A stretch of DNA of 64,000 bases, from assembly GCA_965237905.1 (NCBI GenBank), contig OZ250172.1:2272001-2336000 (forward strand), written 5' to 3'. Shown piece after piece: positions 59,692-64,000 of this stretch (within the stretch, counting starts at the first letter, position 1; the number at the start of each line of letters is the position of its first letter). Under the pieces are notes generated by a model, which saw nothing but the letters and a program-made list of their open reading frames with translations, searched no databases and was not told the DNA's origin. The translations under genes were made by a program, and so were the position numbers. Source of the DNA: Nitrospinaceae bacterium. GTDB taxonomy: Bacteria > Nitrospinota > Nitrospinia > Nitrospinales > Nitrospinaceae.

Positions 59692-61696
59692 TTAAAAAAA
59701 TTTCTTCGTATAATTTTTTGTATTTTTCAGGAGCCTCTTTAATCTTTGGTTGGTAAACAGAATCAATAATCTTTTTGACATCTTGATCTTCTACTAAGTA
59801 CAAGGCTCGTTGAAAAAAAGAGATCCAATGGGGACTTTCTGTGTCAATGCATTCGAGAAATTCATTTTCATTTTCAACGGTCCATAGAATTTTCTTTATG
59901 GAGTTGTAGGACTTAAATTTTTTGATATAGCGGTTAATTCGGTAATAATCATAAAAACGCTTATCTTTTGTGCGAAGACATTCTTTGATTTCATCCCAGT
60001 AGTTGGGAATGTAACTGTCTGGCAGAGAAAGCTTGTATCCGTAAAGATTGTCGCTATTATCAAAGGGACCTGTTAGGAGTTCCTGATCGATAGCTATCTT
60101 AGCTTTCCTGGCAAATTTTATTTTAAAATCTTCTGGAGCTTTATCCTCATAATAATCAAAAATTTCTTCGAGAAGAGGAAGCAAAAATGTAATATCAAAA
60201 TTCAGCAAGTCGTTGTGGTTTAAATTAAACACTTCAAAATACTTTATGTAGCTTGAAAAGTTACTGAAAGGCCGGTTAGTAATGTAATCTTCAGATACAC
60301 GAAGTTGTTCTTTGGTTGTATTGGTAATATTTAGAATAAGTTTTGTTTCGTTTTGATAAGTGTTATTTGCATATGCTGCTAACATGGATCGATCAAAAAC
60401 TTCAAGATTCTCGGTTTTTTGTAGGTCATATGGGATGGTTAAAGTTTCGGTAGTTTTTAATGGCTCAATATAAACCGAGGATTTATTTTTAACTTGCAAG
60501 GCAATTTGTAAATTTTCTGTGGAGTAGTAGTTGGAGTAATCTGAGTATCCGTCTCTATTCAGTTCAGTAAAAAGAGAAACTGTTTCCCACCCGTTGGGCA
60601 TATCTACTGAAACGGAATCACCGCCAAAAGTATTGAACGCTTCATAAATTTGCTGTGAGTTTACGAGATTAGGCCTGATGGTATCTCCCGCAAGAAGGTA
60701 CTCTTCAGTTTCATACATGGATACTACGAATTTGATAGTGGCATGAGCTATATTTGTGGTGATGCCAACCCCATTAATAGTGAGAATGTATGGGATTGTC
60801 TTTCCATCCAGATTAATTTCAGTAAAAAAAATATAACCAATTGGTGGAGATTTCGTATTTTGATCTTTATAAATCCAGTAGGTGCGAGAGCTGTTTAAAA
60901 TCGGGTAAAAGGGAATGCTCATCAAAGAGCAATCTCCTCCAAGTACCCCTCTAAATATAGCGATGGAATTTGGCACTTCTGTAAAATAGATTTCTCGGGT
61001 CTTTATGCTTTTTTTACTAGTATTGAATATTTTGAAGGTTTCGGCAGCATCTCTTTTAATAAAATTATTTAGAATAGATAAAGTAATATCATTCAGTTGG
61101 CCGAAACCTTTATTGTCTGCCAAAGAAATAAATATAGGTGCTAAGGATTCAGGAAAAAAGTCTCTATAATAATTGTCTAGCTCTTCGATTTCAATATTAT
61201 CAAATTTCGTGGCCAGTTCATCAAGTTTAGAAATATGAGCTGAACCATCAGAATTATAAGTCAATGGTGACAGCTTGATAAGAGCTAAAAATGCCTTTTT
61301 TGTGGCCTTAGTAAGATCAGTCGTGGAACGAGAAAAGATGGTTTTTTTTAACCAAAAAATATCATTTTTGATGCTAGTAAAAGTATCAAGTTCATACTTT
61401 TTTAACAAATCTATTTGGTTTGTGAGTTCACGTTTAAATGTATTTACTAAGTTGTCGTCATAAGAGTAATTAGTATCACTGATGTACTTGATGCCTTTAA
61501 ACTTACTTTCGCTAATGCTTAAGTGAAGGTTCACGGGATCAAGTTCTTCAATGAGCTTTGGTGCAGCCTTTAGAATCGAAAAAAAGTTTCTATTGTACTT
61601 TAGATTTTTTTTAAGCAGGTAAGGATGGAATTTTATAATAGTGGAAATGAGGTCGAAGTGACCTGAGAGGCATTGTAGTGTATTGCGATCATTCAT
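59675..61696 (-). CDS. AT-rich hypothetical protein (foreign cargo)
   Basis: 673-aa ORF, composition unlike the flanks; contains FRGVLGGDCS. Confidence 0.85.
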   Translation of the reverse strand: MNDRNTLQCLSGHFDLISTIIKFHPYLLKKNLKYNRNFFSILKAAPKLIEELDPVNLHLSISESKFKGIKYISDTNYSYDDNLVNTFKRELTNQIDLLKKYELDTFTSIKNDIFWLKKTIFSRSTTDLTKATKKAFLALIKLSPLTYNSDGSAHISKLDELATKFDNIEIEELDNYYRDFFPESLAPIFISLADNKGFGQLNDITLSILNNFIKRDAAETFKIFNTSKKSIKTREIYFTEVPNSIAIFRGVLGGDCSLMSIPFYPILNSSRTYWIYKDQNTKSPPIGYIFFTEINLDGKTIPYILTINGVGITTNIAHATIKFVVSMYETEEYLLAGDTIRPNLVNSQQIYEAFNTFGGDSVSVDMPNGWETVSLFTELNRDGYSDYSNYYSTENLQIALQVKNKSSVYIEPLKTTETLTIPYDLQKTENLEVFDRSMLAAYANNTYQNETKLILNITNTTKEQLRVSEDYITNRPFSNFSSYIKYFEVFNLNHNDLLNFDITFLLPLLEEIFDYYEDKAPEDFKIKFARKAKIAIDQELLTGPFDNSDNLYGYKLSLPDSYIPNYWDEIKECLRTKDKRFYDYYRINRYIKKFKSYNSIKKILWTVENENEFLECIDTESPHWISFFQRALYLVEDQDVKKIIDSVYQPKIKEAPEKYKKLYEEIFLNRACN

Positions 61697-61933
61697 TTAA
61701 ATCCTTATAAATAGACTTTGCAATAATAAAGCTAAAGTTCAACCCTAAAAGGGTATCATTTGTTTAAATCTTAATCGATTTTTTATACAGTTTCTAACCA
61801 GTTGGCACATATTTAATATGGAAGCAAGAAGAGCGTCAATCTAGTGTAAAGGAAGGGCCATGTGTTGAACGCAAAACCCAATAAGAGCAGATTCGGAAAA
61901 TGAGTATGAAGGCTTCTGTGAGTAAGTAGAGAA

Positions 61934-62269
61934 TCATTGAAATGGCCATAAATGTTCTCTAAGTTGTTCCCCATTATTTTTTAAAATCATTGTATTTAAA
62001 AGCCCTGTTAAGGCAGTTGGGTGAATATCCTGCTCATATAGTTCTTTAACAGTTTGAATGGTTCCCAGCTCACCTTTGTGATCTATCGAATTGCCATTGG
62101 CTTTACGCTTCCCATAAGTCCTATGGTGATCTTTATGGAACTTTCCAGGCGTTCTTGCGGCTATTCCATACTTGAGCAAAAGACTTCTGATATGGGTTTT
62201 TGAGCACGAAAACTCCTTGGCAATTTCCCTCATCGAGAGGCGATTTTCGAGGTATTTTTGCTTGAGCAC
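61934..62269 (-). pseudogene. HTH / recombinase-domain-like fragment
   Basis: LKQKYLENRLSMREIAKEF HTH; IQTVKELY..TALTGLLNT resembles the serine-recombinase DNA-binding segment; appears truncated. Confidence 0.45.
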
Positions 62270-62371
62270 GCCTTCAGATATAGATACAGAAGCTATGTAA
62301 ATATATGATTTTATTGAAAACTTTGGATTAAGCAGGCATTCTGCGCTCTGGTCGGCTCAGCCCACCAACCT

Positions 62372-62521
62372 GCGGCTGGACGCAACGTTCACGGCGTCGG
62401 CTACCGCTACGACCCCTAACTAGCGGGCCTCTAGGCCCAATGTCTGACAGCGTTGCGGTCAGGCGGCATTTTTTCATTTTTCGACTTGGTTTGCCGCCCA
62501 CTTTTTAATACAAGGCTCTAT
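62372..62521 (+). repeat. right copy of the structured repeat, with branched insert
   Basis: TGCGGCTGGACGCAACGTT identical to 59502-59520; pairs with AGCGTTGCGGTCAGGCGGC. Confidence 0.75.
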
Positions 62522-62553
62522 GGGGGATGCCCCGTAGGGCCTTGTTTTTTTTT
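62510..62553 (+). terminator. intrinsic terminator
   Basis: ACAAGGCTCTATGGGG/CCCCGTAGGGCCTTGT stem followed by a T run. Confidence 0.75.
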
Positions 62554-62695
62554 GGATTTTGCCTTTGGTTCTTAAGGTTTTGTTATTATATTAGTTAAGG
62601 GGCCAGTAAAGCTCGCCGGGACCAGAAATGAAACGTTCTGGAAAGCTGTTTGCGTCTATTTCGTGAGGAAAGGTAACAAATCGGAGTTCCATATT

Positions 62696-64000
62696 TTGAA
62701 AAATAATGGAGAGATCATAGCTGAGAATAGGGTAGGTTTCCCGGGTTGGGTGATTCACCTGACCCTTTTTACTTGTGCCGTACCATTCTTGCTGAACCTG
62801 CTCGGGGTTGATTTTGGAGCTCCTTCTGATTCTATTGACATCTCACCCAAGGGGAGTCCCCTTCACACCAAAATTACGAAAGAAATTTCAATAGAATGGA
62901 CCACTCATGCTCTGCTGGAGTGGAGTTCTTTTGGCCTGGCTGCTTTTGCCGCTATGCTGGCTTTTATCCATTATTCCATGAAGGGGGACAGGGTCTCACC
63001 CGTCATTGGAATAACATTGTTGTTGATGGGGTGTTCGGACGCGTTTCAAGCATTGGCGGTGGATCACCTCGCCGAGTGGATCACCGATGTCCATACCTAT
63101 ATTCCCTTTACCTGGGTGGTTTCCAGAACCTTGAGCGCGTTGATTTTAGTTGCGGGGGTGGGGTTTTTAGTGTCAACCCGTGATCAAAATTACAACAAGG
63201 CCCTTCCAGCGGTGGTCATCATGTCTGTAGTGCTGGCTTTTCTGGCCTACGGCACCATTTATATCACTACGATCACCCATTCGATCCCCCAAACCCTTTT
63301 CCCGGAATCGTTCATGACACGGCCCTGGGAATTGGGACCTCTGGTTGTCTATCTGTTTGCCGGGGTATTGCTGTTTCCACGATTTCATAAGGAGAAACGG
63401 AACTATGTATCGCACTCTCTTATGATCAGTATCATTCCTCACGTGGCCGCTCAGTTGTATATGGGCTTCGGCTCTCAAATTTTATTCGACCCTTATTTCA
63501 AAGCCGCGCATTTCACAAAGATCCTCGCATATCTTCTTCCTTTGTCAGGCTTGGCGATGGAAATTTTGAAAACGTACCAGCACGAGAGACTGATCGTCGA
63601 GAGTTTCGGGATGGTCCAAAAAGAGCTGAGGAAGCTGGACGGCCACAACAAGCTGGTTTTGGACACTGTGGGAGACGGTGTTGTTGGCCTCGATTCCGAA
63701 GGAACCATCACTTCCATCAACCCTTCAGCGCAATTGATTCTCGGGTATACCGAGGAGGAGTGTGTTGGCAAGCCCGCCCAGAAATTGATATTTCCTTCCA
63801 ATCCTGAAAGAGAAGACCTTATCAGTGCGTCTATTCAATATGGAAAGGTTTACAGGGAAACCGACGATGTGTTCCAGCGCAAGAACGGCTCCACGTTCAG
63901 TGTGGAATATATGGTCACCCCGATTCTGGAGGATGAACAGGCCATAGGGGCCGTCATCACCTTCAAGGAAAGCACGGAACAGGCGCTGATCGAAGGTTAT
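62696..64000 (+). CDS. membrane sensor (MASE3-like) + PAS signalling protein, runs off the window
   Basis: Open frame absent from the ORF track: VPFLLNLLGVDFG..HALLEWSSF..GCSDAFQAL..TRPWE; then PAS (VLDTVGDGVVGLD..INPSA..RKNGSTF); start uncertain. Confidence 0.8.
   Translation, partial: MKNNGEIIAENRVGFPGWVIHLTLFTCAVPFLLNLLGVDFGAPSDSIDISPKGSPLHTKITKEISIEWTTHALLEWSSFGLAAFAAMLAFIHYSMKGDRVSPVIGITLLLMGCSDAFQALAVDHLAEWITDVHTYIPFTWVVSRTLSALILVAGVGFLVSTRDQNYNKALPAVVIMSVVLAFLAYGTIYITTITHSIPQTLFPESFMTRPWELGPLVVYLFAGVLLFPRFHKEKRNYVSHSLMISIIPHVAAQLYMGFGSQILFDPYFKAAHFTKILAYLLPLSGLAMEILKTYQHERLIVESFGMVQKELRKLDGHNKLVLDTVGDGVVGLDSEGTITSINPSAQLILGYTEEECVGKPAQKLIFPSNPEREDLISASIQYGKVYRETDDVFQRKNGSTFSVEYMVTPILEDEQAIGAVITFKESTEQALIEGY

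Noticed and set aside
61803..61818. Sigma54 promoter (TGGCAC)
   Set aside because: The -12 TTGC element is missing
59503..62467. Structured repeats as integron attC sites
   Set aside because: AAC...GTT arms exist, but two copies are far shorter than attC sites, the cores deviate from GTTRRRY, they do not follow plus-strand ORFs, and no intI is present

Overview
A bacterial chromosomal segment of mostly core and accessory genes. Gene content suggests a Nitrospinota-like Gram-negative organism, but that is inference only. It holds a pstSCAB operon, TPR proteins, an arsR / ECF sigma-anti-sigma / arsM / sulfite-oxidase-family module, two tRNA A37 modification genes, ntrBC, ilvE, three tRNAs (Lys, Glu, Ala), a cNMP-PAS-GGDEF-EAL gene, a LuxR-family regulator, a nucleotide-sugar cluster (gmd x2, rfbBAD, DegT, UDP-sugar dehydrogenase), nadE, an RND pair and a ~3 kb AT-rich islet at tRNA-Ala. 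The most unusual items are: (1) MiaA fused in frame, through an internal signal-peptide-like segment, to a TPR plus lytic transglycosylase protein; (2) a tRNA-Ala islet bracketed by copies of an unrecognised structured hairpin family; (3) a LuxR gene flanked by palindromic boxes and hairpins with anti-Shine-Dalgarno loops; (4) a degenerate PIN domain fused to a sugar aminotransferase; (5) an RND permease lacking the TM4 proton-relay Asp segment; (6) an enzyme/pseudo-enzyme M14 pair behind ntrBC. No CRISPR array, rRNA or intact transposase or integrase was seen. All calls come from reading the sequence by eye; no searches were run.
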